Source of the DNA: a virus
Lineage: Duplodnaviria; Caudoviricetes
Direction: 5' to 3' (one strand)
DNA: 64,000 nt
IMG/VR virus record: IMGVR_UViG_3300011006_000010
Coordinates: 1-64,000 of that record
The notes under the pieces were generated by a model that saw only the letters and a list, made by a program, of their open reading frames with translations, had not been told where the DNA came from and ran no database searches. Positions 27,701 to 38,315 of this stretch are shown in pieces. The position numbers were made by a program, and so were the translations under genes. Within the stretch, counting starts at the first letter, position 1; every line of letters begins with the position of its first letter.

Positions 27701-30700
27701 TTCGTTCTATATTTGGTGATAATGAAACTCCATCGCTTGAAGAAGCCGTTGCAAAATATGAGGAATTGATGGATGCTGCCGCCAAAAACGCGGAAGAAAG
27801 AAGTAAACTTAGAAATCCATACGCACGAGTAAAGTCAGATTTCGAAAGAAAACTCGGCAATATTCTTGATATTCCTCCTAATGAATTATACGACGGAAAT
27901 TTTTATGGCGATCATGAATTTGGTGAAGGTTTTAACGATTTCGACGAGATCTATTATGCTTTGAGTCGCATATTAGAACCTAGAGTGTCAGATGCAGATA
28001 AAGAGAATATTTTAAGTGTTTTTAATGAAAAAGAGTTCTCCGATTATTTTAAAGAATATTTTTCTATTGGTCTTAAAAACGGAAATTTTAATGAGGGTCT
28101 TCCCAATGTAAATACTCTCATTGCTAATGATATATATGAGAAATTTGCGGAGCTTTATGAAGATCTTGAGACTAATGTGGACGGTATGTTTTCTGGTTAT
28201 GAGCCTAATAGTCACTTTATTCCTTTGACTGATAAAATGATTCAATATTCGGCTTTTGAGAATCGCCGACAAAATTATGAATATAATGCTGGTATTGTAA
28301 AAAAATACATTGATTATATTAATAGCTCTAACGAGTCTACGGGCAATAGCTTAAATGGAGAACTTCAGGACGTATTAAAAGACGAGACATCTAATGCATC
28401 TGACAATGTTCCTATTAATTTCACATCCAACATTGAAGAAATCGAAACGAAAGTTAATGAAATCAAATCTTCTCTTGATAGCGTTCCTATTAATTTCACA
28501 TCCAACATTGAAGAAATCGAAACGAAAGTTAGCAAGGTGAATGGTTATCAAGATTATTCGACAGCTGTGTCTCAGTTTGCAGAAGGCGTAGTTACTCCTA
28601 TCAAAACAATGACAGAGAGTGTCAATGAATTATCTATTGCTCTTGAAAAGATGTCAAAGATTGCAAATCCTGTTAAGGAGTATCAACAAGCAGCGAAAGT
28701 AGCTAAAGAGCAAGAAAAGCTCATAGAAGAGCAGACAAAGGCAGTGGCTCCTACTGACGAGGATAGAAATCGTCTTTATGCTGCGGCTCTTAGCACATAT
28801 GGACAAGACACAAAAGTTAGTGTTGCTCATTCTGCCGATATTAATAAGGTTACTCTTAGCTACTTAAATGATCTGGACGGTACTGAAAAAGTAGTTTTAA
28901 AGCTAAAAGACATCAATGATATTATTGAAGATGGCAAATTAACAAATGTCGAAAAATACGCAACGTCCATTGACTCAAACGTGGCTGCTTCTTACAAGGG
29001 CACTTCAAAGCGTGTAAATGATTTAATCAATAGCATTGAACAATATAAGGATCTGGGCTTTGACAGATATATTAATCAGGACAACTTAACCAATCGTTAC
29101 GATGCTATTACAAAATACAGGGAAATATTAAACGACGCTATTAATGCAGGAGATGTTAATAGTGCTAAAGAATATTCAAATCTTTTAGTTGAAGAAGTTA
29201 ATGAATTGTATGATGCTTTAAAGAATCTGAATAATCTTAATGTCAACAAAAAAGGAACGTTTTTAGGCGACGCAACTGATTTAGATAGCATAGAAAAGCG
29301 TAAAGAAGCATTGGTCGAATATGCTGAAAAGCAAGAAGGATTCTTAGAGGTTTTAGACATAGGCGATGATGCCTCTGTTGAATTTGCTGATATAAATGGA
29401 CAGATTAAAAATCTTTCATTGTCTGTTGTTGAAGCAACCGATAAATTTGGCAATTTGCAAAAGCAAATTCGTGTAATTAGCAAAGACGTTATTGGTTCTA
29501 TCCCTGTTGAAACAATTCCTAAACGCTTTGAGGACATGTATGAAAAGCTTGGTATGTTATTTAGTGGAAAAGCTGGTGATTTGAATAATCTAATAGATCT
29601 CGATGAGTTGGAAAGCAAATTTAAAAAGATTGAGGCGTTATACAATTCTATTAATTCTGGCACGCTTGAGACAGAAGAACGTAATGAAAGTATAGAAAGT
29701 TTTAAAAACCAGGTTCAAGAACTCTATAAAATAGTATCTGGTAATAGCGGTCGTACTGTAAATAATAAAGGTGTGTTCTTAGGCACTGCCGACAACCTTT
29801 CTACTCTGCAATCTCAAAAAGATGCTTTGAGAGAGTATATTGAGAGTATGAAGGACGTTAGTAAAATTACTGAAAACGCCAATGGCACGATTAGCTTCAA
29901 AGATGCGGAAGGCAATATTAGAACATTTAAAACATCTTTGGTTGAGCTTAACGACGAGCTTGGTAAAACTACGATACAGGTCAGAGCTGTCGAGGTTGCT
30001 AGTTCATCTTCTATCTTCTCTAAGATGTCTGGTTCGGCTTTGCAGGCGGCACAGCAATTTGCAAATATTTATTTGACAACCTTCCGTTTCTTTGGCTATA
30101 TCAGACGTGCTGCTTCTAGCGCAATTTCGTTTATGACTAGTTTGAATTCTCAATTAACAACTATCAATCAGACTATGTCTGTTACTAGTAAAGAGCTTTC
30201 AAACATTGGCACGGAATCAATTAACATGGCTAAGGATTTAGGCAGTACAACTGATACTGTTTTAGGCGCACTCGCATTATACGCGAATGCGAACGAATCA
30301 GCTCAAAGTATTTTAGCTAAAGCTTCTCCTACTGTCATGATGGCTAATGCTTCTGGTGCGGATATTAATACTGTAGCCGACCAGATTCAAGGCGTAGTCA
30401 ATCAGTTTGATGACATGAAGGATAAAGAATATGAGGTTGCTAATGCTTATGAAAAGATTTCAGCGAACTTAGCGATGGAGTTCAAGTCCGGTATTTCCAC
30501 TATTGCCGAGGGTGTTACTGCAGCAGGTAGTCTGGCTGATGAAGCCGGATTGAAGTTCCAGCTGTTTGGATCAATTGTAGGTAAGGTAGCTGAAACAACA
30601 AGATTGAGTGGTTCTCAGGTTGGTACTGCCATGAAAACGATGATGGCTAGAATCAGTAGGAGTCAAAGCGCCGATGAAGACGTGTCTGACGAAGATCGTT

Positions 30701-33700
30701 CAAATGCGAGTGAAGCTTTTGCCTCAATGGGTATTAGTTTGTACGATAAAAATGGACAGTTTAACGATCTAGAAAGCACGTTGGATGCTCTGTCTGCGAA
30801 ATGGGATAGTATGACAGACGCTGAAAAGGCATACATCTCTGAGCAAGCAGCTGGCGTTAGAGGATTAAATATATTTAGAGCCATGATGGATAATTATGCA
30901 GAATCTAAACAGATTGCTGCAGATATTGATATGGACACCAATTTTGCTAATGAAGTACAAGAAAAGCATTTGGAATCTTTACAGGCACATATTAATTCTT
31001 TAAAAGCAGCCCTTCAGGAATTTTACAATGTTGTCATAGACACGGAAGGCATGAAGCAGCTGGTGGATATAGGAACAAAAATAATTGGAGTATTTACCAA
31101 TATCTCTAAGGCGTTTGCTACGGTTGGAAGTGTCTTTGGGGATTTAGGTTCGCAAATACTAGGTTTGATTCCAACAATCACATTGTTCGCAGAGGTGTTT
31201 ACGGCTGGAATGTCTCTAAAACGTGCTCAAGGGTGGTCTGACTTTTTTGGAGGTTTAAAACGAAATAGTATTATAGGACAAGCTGTTTCAGCCATTAGCA
31301 AAAAACTTGGTGGAAAAGAAATTGCCGACACATTAGGAAAAACCGTTGGTGGTTTTACTAAGGGTGCAACCAAGGGCGTTGCTGAAGACGTTTCAGAAAG
31401 CGTAACTAAGGGTGTTGAAGATGCAGCCAAGAAGAGTGCGGATGTAATAGCTGAAAATGTCGAAGATGCCACTACAAAAGGTACTGTAGAAGGACTAAGC
31501 AAGGGCGTTGCTGAACAGGCTGGAAAGAGCGGTGGCGTATTTGCCAAGTTGACTACATCTATTAGCACGGCATTGTCTTCTGGTGCTGGTGTTATAGCTG
31601 CAGAAGTAGCTGCTATTGCCGCTCTTGTTGTTGGGCTTGGCATTGTTTCTTCTACCTTTGAAAAGAGTAAGATCAGTAATAGAGCAAAACAAGTCAAAGA
31701 AGACGCTGATGCTTATAGCAAAACAAAAGAAGAGCTTGACGATTATAACCAATCTCTCTCAGAAAACAAAGCTCGAATTGATGAGCTTAACACTAAAGCA
31801 TATTTAACAACTGCTGATAAAACTGAGATTAAGAACTTAGAAAGACAGAATCAGTTGATTCAGACGCAGATCGATTTGCGAGAAAAGAAACTTGCCATAG
31901 AGGCACAAGAACTTTCAAATAGCACTCGTGAACAGGTCGCTGGCTCATACACAATGGCAGATCCTGGTTATTATTCTTATCACGAATCAGGAACATATAC
32001 TGGTGATAAGAAGATAGCAAATGTAACTGACACAAAGAATGGTTATATGTATGGCAGTGCCAAGTATGGACAGCATAGTATCGTAGCAGAGACCAGACAA
32101 TATCTACAAGATGTTGCGGATCTAAATGTTGAATTTAGCCAGGAAGTTCAAGATGACTTAGATAAGAGAAAAGAGAATTTGACTGACTGGTCGATGGATC
32201 TTCAGGATATGCTGAGCAATCAGCAGGCTGCTTATGACGAAGCTATTACAACTAGTGAATCTAGTAGAACAAAAGCTCAAAGAGAAGCAATTGAAAATTA
32301 CTCTGAAACACTTAAGATGTATAACGAAATTGCTAAGACTCTTGATTCAGATAGTTTCTGGCAGAATCAACTAACGAATGCAGTAAGCGATGCGTCTGTT
32401 GGTGATTTTGTTACTAAGCTGATTGATAAAGCACATAAATACAGCACCAATCAAGATTTCTTTGACTGGGCATCTACTCAAACTGGCTTCCAGGATCTTG
32501 AAGTTTTTGCTCAAAATGCTGGTATTAGCATTGATGAACTCACAGAACAGATTTATGCAAGTGAGCGATCTTTAGATTCATGGGCTTTAAAGATTGAAGG
32601 CAACGAATCTAGAATTGAAACATTATCTACTACGACTTTGGATTGGTCTAGCAAGCTAGGAGCACAGCTAAAGACTGTTAGCGAAGCTGTTGGCTCAGCG
32701 AGCGGATTAACTGCAGAAGCCATTGAAGAAATCGAAAATTTGTATGAAGGATTAGATAGTTATGATGCTTCTACCTTATTTGAAGACACGATTTCAGGTG
32801 TGCGTGTTAATACGGAAGCTCTAGCTAAATTAAATAAAGAGTATGATAAATCACAAATCGGTAAATATAACGATGAGATTAAATCTCTTGAAGAGCAGTA
32901 CCGCAAAATCTCTATTGCCATTGGAGAGGCTAAAGTTGGCACTGCGGAATATAATGATTTGCTCTCTCAAAGAACGGAGATCGCAGATCAAATTCAGAAT
33001 GTTAAACTTCTAAAATCAGAATATGAAGGCTTGCGTTCTGCTTATAGTCAATGGACTGAGGCATTGGATACGGATAATACTGGATCGGGATTTGATAAGA
33101 TCAGTGAGACTCTTGAATCCATGAAGGAACTTCGTACTGATGGATTGGTTGGCACAGACGATTTCAAGACTTTCCTAAAACTGATTGCTAGTGATAAAGA
33201 GCTAAAGAAAGCAGAAGAGAACTGGGGGGCTTTTGAAACATGGTCTAGTAAACAGTATGCTGAATTCTACGATAATAATATTAAGGCATTCAATAAATAC
33301 TTCAAAGACCAAGACAAAGGTACGGATAAGTTCCTTGCTGACCTTAAGAAGAAAGGTTATGCTGCTTTTAAGAATGGCATCTGGAGCTTTGACGGTGATG
33401 CTTCTGACATAGCTAAATCATTAGGCATTTCTGAAGACGCAGTCGTTCAGATGTTTGGTAAGCTTGAAGACTATGGATTCCATATTGACATGAGTGATTC
33501 AGAGTCTGAAATTCACAAGGCAATCAAAAAGACTGCTAAAACAGCAAAAAAAGATATTGAGTCAGCCAACAAAGATATCAACAAAGATATTAAAGATAAC
33601 AATAAGAAGTCGACAAATCAAACAAAAGATAACAATAAGGCTGCTGAAGATGCTATAAAAAAAGCAGCAAAGGCTATAAAAGGTCGTAAGGATGGAGCTA

Positions 33701-36700
33701 CTACTAGAGAAGAAGAGACGACATCTAAAGAGCAGAAGCAAAAGGCTGAAGAAAAGACTTACGTCGCTTCAGAAAAACGCAAAGCAGAAGCTAAAGCCAA
33801 GATTGAAAAAGAACAGAAACTTGCCGAAGCAAAGGCTCAAAGAGCTAAAGATAAAGAAGCTGGCAAGTCTGTTAGCTACGATTATCTCGAAGATGATCTG
33901 AAAGATATCGATAAATTAAAGCTTGAAAATATAGATAAACTGAGTGACAAGAAAGCTTACAAGAAAGCTAAAAAAGGCATTACTGAAATATCTGACGCTA
34001 TGAAAGATATGGAGGAAATGGGCGATCAGGATACAGATATCTATAAGAATCTTGAAAAAGAGAAGAAAGCTTTAGAACGTCTTACTGCCGCTTATGAATC
34101 TGCGAAAGCGAAAAAGAGCGATTTTGCAGCTATAGATTTATCTGATGATGATTCTATTGCCGGATTAAATAGTGCTTTAGACGAACTTAAAAAGAATGAA
34201 AATATAACCGATTTATTATCTAATTTCACAATTGATGGTGTTTTAAACACTGATGATATTAATAGTGCAGAAAAAGATCTTAATACTATTTCTGATGTTA
34301 TCAAAGAGCTTGGCGGTTCAGAGAAGAAACCAATCGAAATTGGAAAGGTTGAAGGCGCAGAGGAAGCTAACGAAATTCTTCAGGCTATAATTACTAAAAA
34401 ACTCGAACTTGAAGAACCGACCATAATGAAGGTAGACAAAGGCGGTTTGGACAATGAGCAGGCTTCTATTATTGGCGACCTGCAAGACATTCAGACTGCT
34501 GCGGATCAGCTTGACAGACTTGAGATGACCAAGAAAGCTGGAATTAAAGTCGACCCTTCTGAAATTAAAAATGCCGAGAGTGCATTAAAATCAGCTATCG
34601 AACAATATAACAACAATCCTAATAGTGAATTAAAGACCAAATTGGGGTTGGATACAAATATCGACACTGAAACTGCGAAGTCAGAAATTCAGTCTAAGCT
34701 CAACAGCATTGATGCCAAAGTGCTCGCTAAGATTGGCATTGACGATAGTGATTTCAAAGAATCCTATCAGACCGATGCGACCGTTTCATATAGCACCGAC
34801 CCTAATTCTCCAGTATATCAATGGACTGCTCCGTCAAAAACGGGCAAGGTTTCATATGGTGTAAACAAAGATAAGTCGGATGCAAACTTGAAATCATATA
34901 CTCCGCCTCAATTAACTGGCAAAGTAAAATATGTTGCTAAGAGTGATGCTATTGGTCAAAACCAAACTACCATTAAAGGTCGCAATATTTTAAGAGGCGC
35001 CGCTTATGCAAAAGGAACCCCTTCTCTTGTTGGAGAAGAAGGTGCGGAAATTGTAGTAAGAGGCGATGAGTGGTTTACTGTAGGCGATCGTGGTGCTGAA
35101 TTCTTTGCAATCCAGGACGATGACATTGTGTTTACTGCAAGTCAAACAAAGTCTCTTTTAGCAAAAGGTGCCACAAATGGTCGAGGAAAGAAAAAGTCAC
35201 CGGCATTTGCTTCGGGTTCAGGTTCCAAAGTTGGGACATCATCTTCGTCCAAGAAGTCCACTTCTTCTAGTACTTCTAAGAGTACTTCTAACAAGAGTTC
35301 TAGTAAAAAGAAATCTTCTAAGAAGAAGTCAAGCAAGAGTAAAACGTATTTCGATTGGATAGAGAGGAAGATAAAGGCTGTTCAGGATCAATTAGATATT
35401 TTAAGTGCCAAGAAAGACAATGTCTATGATTCTTGGTCTGTTAGAAACGCAGCTTTATCTGAAGAATTGAATTATCTTAAAAAGCAATATGACAATCAGA
35501 TTGCTGCCGCAGATGCTTATTTGAAGGCTGCTAAAAATGTTGGTTTGTCAAGTGCATACGTTACAAAAATTCAAAATGGCACATTGTCTATTCAAGGTAT
35601 CAAGAGCCAAAAGACGATTGATAAGATCAACAAATATCAAGAATACTGGGATAATTACAAGAGTGCCCTTCTTGAAGCGCAGCAGATCCAAAAAGAAATT
35701 GATGATGATTTGGCTGAACAGTTTGCCAATATTAAACAACAATATGACGATCTTAATACTGCTCTGCAGGACAATAATGATCTGCTCGAAGCTCAGGGCG
35801 ATTTATGGCAGTATATTGGAGTTGCTGGTGATAAGGCTAATCTCGATTATTTAAATAATCAGATAGACAATAATAGAAAAATCTTAGAGAATCTTAATAA
35901 AGAATATGCTGAACTATATGACAAGTTAAAAGAAATTACGAATGATGATGATCCGTTAAACTATATCAATTCAACTTCTGAAGGATATGCAAGTTTAAAA
36001 TCTGAATTAGATGGAGTTAATACTGAAATCGTTGAGATGGCATCTGCAATTAGCGAATTGACTAAAGACAAGTTTGACGCCGTTGCTGACGAATTTGAAT
36101 TGAGGTTGGACTATGTTGAGTCTAAGGCGGATCTGGTTAACAGTCTAATGGATTTGGCTGAAACTCAAGGTTATATATCCACAACGAAATATTACGAGGC
36201 TCTGATTGATTTATCTGGCGAAACCATCGAAAAGATGGAATTAGAGAAAAAGAGTCTTGAAGATGCTTTAACTTCTGCCGTATTAGACAAGTCTATCGCT
36301 ATGTATTCTCAGGCTTGGTATGAAATGCTGAATGAAATTCAAAGTGTTAATAATGAAATTATTAGTGCAAAAGAAGAAATGGCGGATTTCAATCAGGAGC
36401 TTAAAGAAGTTTCATGGGATAAATTCGAAAGACTTGAAGATAGTATAGATAATTTCATTGATGAGCTAGAGATGTTCTTTGATTTATTTGAATCGAATGA
36501 TAATATCTTTGATGACAATGGAGCTTTTACTGCTGAGGGATTAGCTGCATTAGGTACTAGAGTATCAATTTATAGAACTTACGCCGAACAGGTCAAGGAA
36601 TATTCTGATGCTCTTGAAGCTTTAAACGAACAGTATAAAGATGATCCATTAAACATAAACTATCTTGACAAGAGAGCAGAACTGCTGCAAAGCCAAAGAG

Positions 36701-38238
36701 ATGCAATTAAGAATGCTCAAGATGAGAAAGAGTCAATTAAAGATTTGATTGAAGACGGCTATGATAAACAACTAGACGCTCTTCAGGATTTGATTGATGC
36801 AAGAAAAGAAGCTCTTGAAGATGAAAAAGACGCCTATGAGTATCAAAAGGATATTGCAGAGAAGACTCGTGAGGTTGTAAGATATCAACGTCAGCTGTTA
36901 GCCTATAGTGGAGATACTTCTGAAGAAGGCAGACTCAATGCTCAGAATGCTAGAACAAATCTCCGTGAAGCTCAAGATGATTTAAGAGAAACTCAATGGG
37001 ATAAATACATTGAGGACACTGAAAAGATCCTTGATGAATTATATGACGATGTTGAAGACTGGATCAATAAGCGCTTGGATAATCTTGAAGGCATTCTTCA
37101 GGATGCAATTGAAACCGTTGACACAAACTCGCAAAATATTGCTGCTACAATCACAGAGAAGGCAGACGAGGTTGGATATTCAATCACAAATGAGCTGGAT
37201 GCTATGTTGACTGATTATACTGTTAGCAATTATCAGAATGGTGTTACTAGTGCCTTGTCAACTATTATAGATTTAATAGCTAGATTGAAGATTGCAGCAG
37301 ATAATAATGCTGATTCTAATATGGCTAATAACAACATAGAGAATTATGTTAGCAATCAGGGGCAGGCTTTGGCAGATAAAAATGCCGCAGACGCCGCAGC
37401 AGCAGCCGCTGCCGCAGCAAGCGCTACTACAACAAGTGCCACTAGCGAACCATCTAATAGCACGGATGATAGCACTCCTACTTGGGACTCAGTTCAGGCA
37501 AAAGCTAAGAGCGGTTTGATTCTAAGCGGAACAAAACTTGGCGGAACAACATTTACAGATGCAGAGGTTTCTGTCCTTAAAGCTAATAAAGGCAAGCAGG
37601 TTCTTTATGCAAATGGCAGTGGTGGTTATTATGATGCTACAATCTCTGGCGAAGGAAACTTGTATTATAATAGCAAGGGAACGGTTTATAGATATAATGC
37701 CTCAACTGGTAAAGTGTCGGTTCCTGTTAAATACAAATTAGCAAACTATAAGAAACTTGCTAATAAAGGCAAGGTCGGTTCTATTAGTGCTGCAAATGTA
37801 TGGAAAGAATATAAGGAAGCGTTACATTCTCGTGGCATCAAAGGTTATTCTCGTGGTGGTATTGTGGGTAATCCTGAAGCATTGCTGAAATTAAATGGTG
37901 ATGATCAGTTTACTATCAATACGCTTAAGACTGGAGAATCTGTGTTTGATGTTGCAACTACTAAAGTATTGCAGACGTTTAATAAGCAAGCTCCTATTCT
38001 GCAGGATTTGATAAGCGCTGCTGATAGAATCACCACTATTCCGCAAATTGCAATGGGCGCAGGAACAAACATTGATAATATTAGTCTCGTTCTTAATCTT
38101 CCTAACGTTAAGAATTATGAAGAATTCAAGAACTCATTGATTTCTGACAAGAAATTTAACAACGCGGTATTTGATGCTGTTAATACGGCTATTACTGGCA
38201 AAGGTAATAGCTTGTCAAGAAATAAATATAAACGATAA
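24721..38238 (+). CDS. Tape measure protein (4505 aa)
   Basis: TMP core region (~30130-31080; GSQVGTAMKTMMARI, L..LSAKWDSMTDAEK), hydrophobic segments, long coiled coils, GEEGAE motif; followed by Dit- and Tal-like genes. Confidence 0.9.
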   Translation: MARVAEIEAVIKANVKDLDIAALKIEQLSRDIDNINKKEDIHIAIKVDDADPKKILKEISAIDSALRKSGLKVKLDYDLSGMEKMAKQITRNGLVPTDEIQDAEKALQSLGRTAQGIAKNHNLGFDNLKLEKIEDFEDGIKSIDAAIKEADDKLKSAKSVKSAFGEYNNFFGEGFKQAKDIITNGGESLNSVLEKVFKGTDISTFNEKIQEGLQIFQVYIDNLETLAGEWATNPISDYKGVLQDSFSNSGKIRAMLSAMERISGKNVSISEFNGRFLGAIDNDELIDISKTADDIYNRFNDISGINIDTNLAGSVTDLRKAKSELTALKSIYENVINMSGDGSMDFDAISKRISRDGKIKLEVVPYKLDKFIEQIVEALKDPVPVSLKPSEDAIKNLFGKTYDVDINPKIAEDFVLNIENAELKNIVLPETISDEEINDNYRYGYKIMENSQASKQRDTVKTLIKDILARAENELSDQQKALILGIEDAYMESKTTTPVDGKRKKTKESEVSTEDKQRDITEALGRASVQIEAFRDRNKHLLTTDIFNAESAIDEIEKINKVVNEINFKPDVKLNENIFGNILPSSEEAASALRVFNDELIKTQESIDGIEKARNISFSDSIVNPIEKALSQIQTSSKATDGLSSIFNFDANTKGVKTAVKQTYTSLSRLFENNIPKDYQETIANSFGDILNELKVPNLDEQASNLERLKAIYEQTRSLMNQGLFEGKPAILGGQTGKLVEYLNQAEELTEKIDYANKYLEYSHNQDWINATGEERISEIEIRVRPNLTAFNLQLKMIEKEPIPLKIKLDGESKQKFVEEIAELGSKFNAENETSNEEVKNNFAGIPLTANLSEISQGILEIANKKYELTFTAEDSLQVLSDSIKSIFNNIDLESPLLNATSLTPDLTKVIDGISEITGKTYELTFVADTSIKDLSESISQMFSGAKLEGYGDNIVEAISKQSTQINKNNSANVNNKSTKEFLSALDSLEAFDFRSIFGDNETPSLEEAVAKYEELMDAAAKNAEERSKLRNPYARVKSDFERKLGNILDIPPNELYDGNFYGDHEFGEGFNDFDEIYYALSRILEPRVSDADKENILSVFNEKEFSDYFKEYFSIGLKNGNFNEGLPNVNTLIANDIYEKFAELYEDLETNVDGMFSGYEPNSHFIPLTDKMIQYSAFENRRQNYEYNAGIVKKYIDYINSSNESTGNSLNGELQDVLKDETSNASDNVPINFTSNIEEIETKVNEIKSSLDSVPINFTSNIEEIETKVSKVNGYQDYSTAVSQFAEGVVTPIKTMTESVNELSIALEKMSKIANPVKEYQQAAKVAKEQEKLIEEQTKAVAPTDEDRNRLYAAALSTYGQDTKVSVAHSADINKVTLSYLNDLDGTEKVVLKLKDINDIIEDGKLTNVEKYATSIDSNVAASYKGTSKRVNDLINSIEQYKDLGFDRYINQDNLTNRYDAITKYREILNDAINAGDVNSAKEYSNLLVEEVNELYDALKNLNNLNVNKKGTFLGDATDLDSIEKRKEALVEYAEKQEGFLEVLDIGDDASVEFADINGQIKNLSLSVVEATDKFGNLQKQIRVISKDVIGSIPVETIPKRFEDMYEKLGMLFSGKAGDLNNLIDLDELESKFKKIEALYNSINSGTLETEERNESIESFKNQVQELYKIVSGNSGRTVNNKGVFLGTADNLSTLQSQKDALREYIESMKDVSKITENANGTISFKDAEGNIRTFKTSLVELNDELGKTTIQVRAVEVASSSSIFSKMSGSALQAAQQFANIYLTTFRFFGYIRRAASSAISFMTSLNSQLTTINQTMSVTSKELSNIGTESINMAKDLGSTTDTVLGALALYANANESAQSILAKASPTVMMANASGADINTVADQIQGVVNQFDDMKDKEYEVANAYEKISANLAMEFKSGISTIAEGVTAAGSLADEAGLKFQLFGSIVGKVAETTRLSGSQVGTAMKTMMARISRSQSADEDVSDEDRSNASEAFASMGISLYDKNGQFNDLESTLDALSAKWDSMTDAEKAYISEQAAGVRGLNIFRAMMDNYAESKQIAADIDMDTNFANEVQEKHLESLQAHINSLKAALQEFYNVVIDTEGMKQLVDIGTKIIGVFTNISKAFATVGSVFGDLGSQILGLIPTITLFAEVFTAGMSLKRAQGWSDFFGGLKRNSIIGQAVSAISKKLGGKEIADTLGKTVGGFTKGATKGVAEDVSESVTKGVEDAAKKSADVIAENVEDATTKGTVEGLSKGVAEQAGKSGGVFAKLTTSISTALSSGAGVIAAEVAAIAALVVGLGIVSSTFEKSKISNRAKQVKEDADAYSKTKEELDDYNQSLSENKARIDELNTKAYLTTADKTEIKNLERQNQLIQTQIDLREKKLAIEAQELSNSTREQVAGSYTMADPGYYSYHESGTYTGDKKIANVTDTKNGYMYGSAKYGQHSIVAETRQYLQDVADLNVEFSQEVQDDLDKRKENLTDWSMDLQDMLSNQQAAYDEAITTSESSRTKAQREAIENYSETLKMYNEIAKTLDSDSFWQNQLTNAVSDASVGDFVTKLIDKAHKYSTNQDFFDWASTQTGFQDLEVFAQNAGISIDELTEQIYASERSLDSWALKIEGNESRIETLSTTTLDWSSKLGAQLKTVSEAVGSASGLTAEAIEEIENLYEGLDSYDASTLFEDTISGVRVNTEALAKLNKEYDKSQIGKYNDEIKSLEEQYRKISIAIGEAKVGTAEYNDLLSQRTEIADQIQNVKLLKSEYEGLRSAYSQWTEALDTDNTGSGFDKISETLESMKELRTDGLVGTDDFKTFLKLIASDKELKKAEENWGAFETWSSKQYAEFYDNNIKAFNKYFKDQDKGTDKFLADLKKKGYAAFKNGIWSFDGDASDIAKSLGISEDAVVQMFGKLEDYGFHIDMSDSESEIHKAIKKTAKTAKKDIESANKDINKDIKDNNKKSTNQTKDNNKAAEDAIKKAAKAIKGRKDGATTREEETTSKEQKQKAEEKTYVASEKRKAEAKAKIEKEQKLAEAKAQRAKDKEAGKSVSYDYLEDDLKDIDKLKLENIDKLSDKKAYKKAKKGITEISDAMKDMEEMGDQDTDIYKNLEKEKKALERLTAAYESAKAKKSDFAAIDLSDDDSIAGLNSALDELKKNENITDLLSNFTIDGVLNTDDINSAEKDLNTISDVIKELGGSEKKPIEIGKVEGAEEANEILQAIITKKLELEEPTIMKVDKGGLDNEQASIIGDLQDIQTAADQLDRLEMTKKAGIKVDPSEIKNAESALKSAIEQYNNNPNSELKTKLGLDTNIDTETAKSEIQSKLNSIDAKVLAKIGIDDSDFKESYQTDATVSYSTDPNSPVYQWTAPSKTGKVSYGVNKDKSDANLKSYTPPQLTGKVKYVAKSDAIGQNQTTIKGRNILRGAAYAKGTPSLVGEEGAEIVVRGDEWFTVGDRGAEFFAIQDDDIVFTASQTKSLLAKGATNGRGKKKSPAFASGSGSKVGTSSSSKKSTSSSTSKSTSNKSSSKKKSSKKKSSKSKTYFDWIERKIKAVQDQLDILSAKKDNVYDSWSVRNAALSEELNYLKKQYDNQIAAADAYLKAAKNVGLSSAYVTKIQNGTLSIQGIKSQKTIDKINKYQEYWDNYKSALLEAQQIQKEIDDDLAEQFANIKQQYDDLNTALQDNNDLLEAQGDLWQYIGVAGDKANLDYLNNQIDNNRKILENLNKEYAELYDKLKEITNDDDPLNYINSTSEGYASLKSELDGVNTEIVEMASAISELTKDKFDAVADEFELRLDYVESKADLVNSLMDLAETQGYISTTKYYEALIDLSGETIEKMELEKKSLEDALTSAVLDKSIAMYSQAWYEMLNEIQSVNNEIISAKEEMADFNQELKEVSWDKFERLEDSIDNFIDELEMFFDLFESNDNIFDDNGAFTAEGLAALGTRVSIYRTYAEQVKEYSDALEALNEQYKDDPLNINYLDKRAELLQSQRDAIKNAQDEKESIKDLIEDGYDKQLDALQDLIDARKEALEDEKDAYEYQKDIAEKTREVVRYQRQLLAYSGDTSEEGRLNAQNARTNLREAQDDLRETQWDKYIEDTEKILDELYDDVEDWINKRLDNLEGILQDAIETVDTNSQNIAATITEKADEVGYSITNELDAMLTDYTVSNYQNGVTSALSTIIDLIARLKIAADNNADSNMANNNIENYVSNQGQALADKNAADAAAAAAAAASATTTSATSEPSNSTDDSTPTWDSVQAKAKSGLILSGTKLGGTTFTDAEVSVLKANKGKQVLYANGSGGYYDATISGEGNLYYNSKGTVYRYNASTGKVSVPVKYKLANYKKLANKGKVGSISAANVWKEYKEALHSRGIKGYSRGGIVGNPEALLKLNGDDQFTINTLKTGESVFDVATTKVLQTFNKQAPILQDLISAADRITTIPQIAMGAGTNIDNISLVLNLPNVKNYEEFKNSLISDKKFNNAVFDAVNTAITGKGNSLSRNKYKR
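28408..28531 (+). repeat. Perfect 49-bp direct repeat inside the TMP gene (75-bp period)
   Basis: 28408-28456 is identical to 28483-28531 (VPINFTSNIEEIETKV x2). Confidence 0.95.
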
Positions 38239-38261
38239 TAAGGATTAAATAGGATGAATAT

Positions 38262-38298
38262 TAAATAAGAGAGGATTGATTTCCTCTCTTATTTATTT
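38262..38298 (+). terminator. Intrinsic terminator after the TMP gene
   Basis: TAAATAAGAGAGGA-TTGATT-TCCTCTCTTATTTA-TTT. Confidence 0.7.
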
Positions 38299-38315
38299 TG
38301 ATTTGGATAAATACT

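Noticed and set aside
35208-35345. Ser/Lys-rich low-complexity stretch in the TMP (also poly-Ala near 37385-37425)
   Set aside because: Ordinary linker regions of large tape measure proteins.
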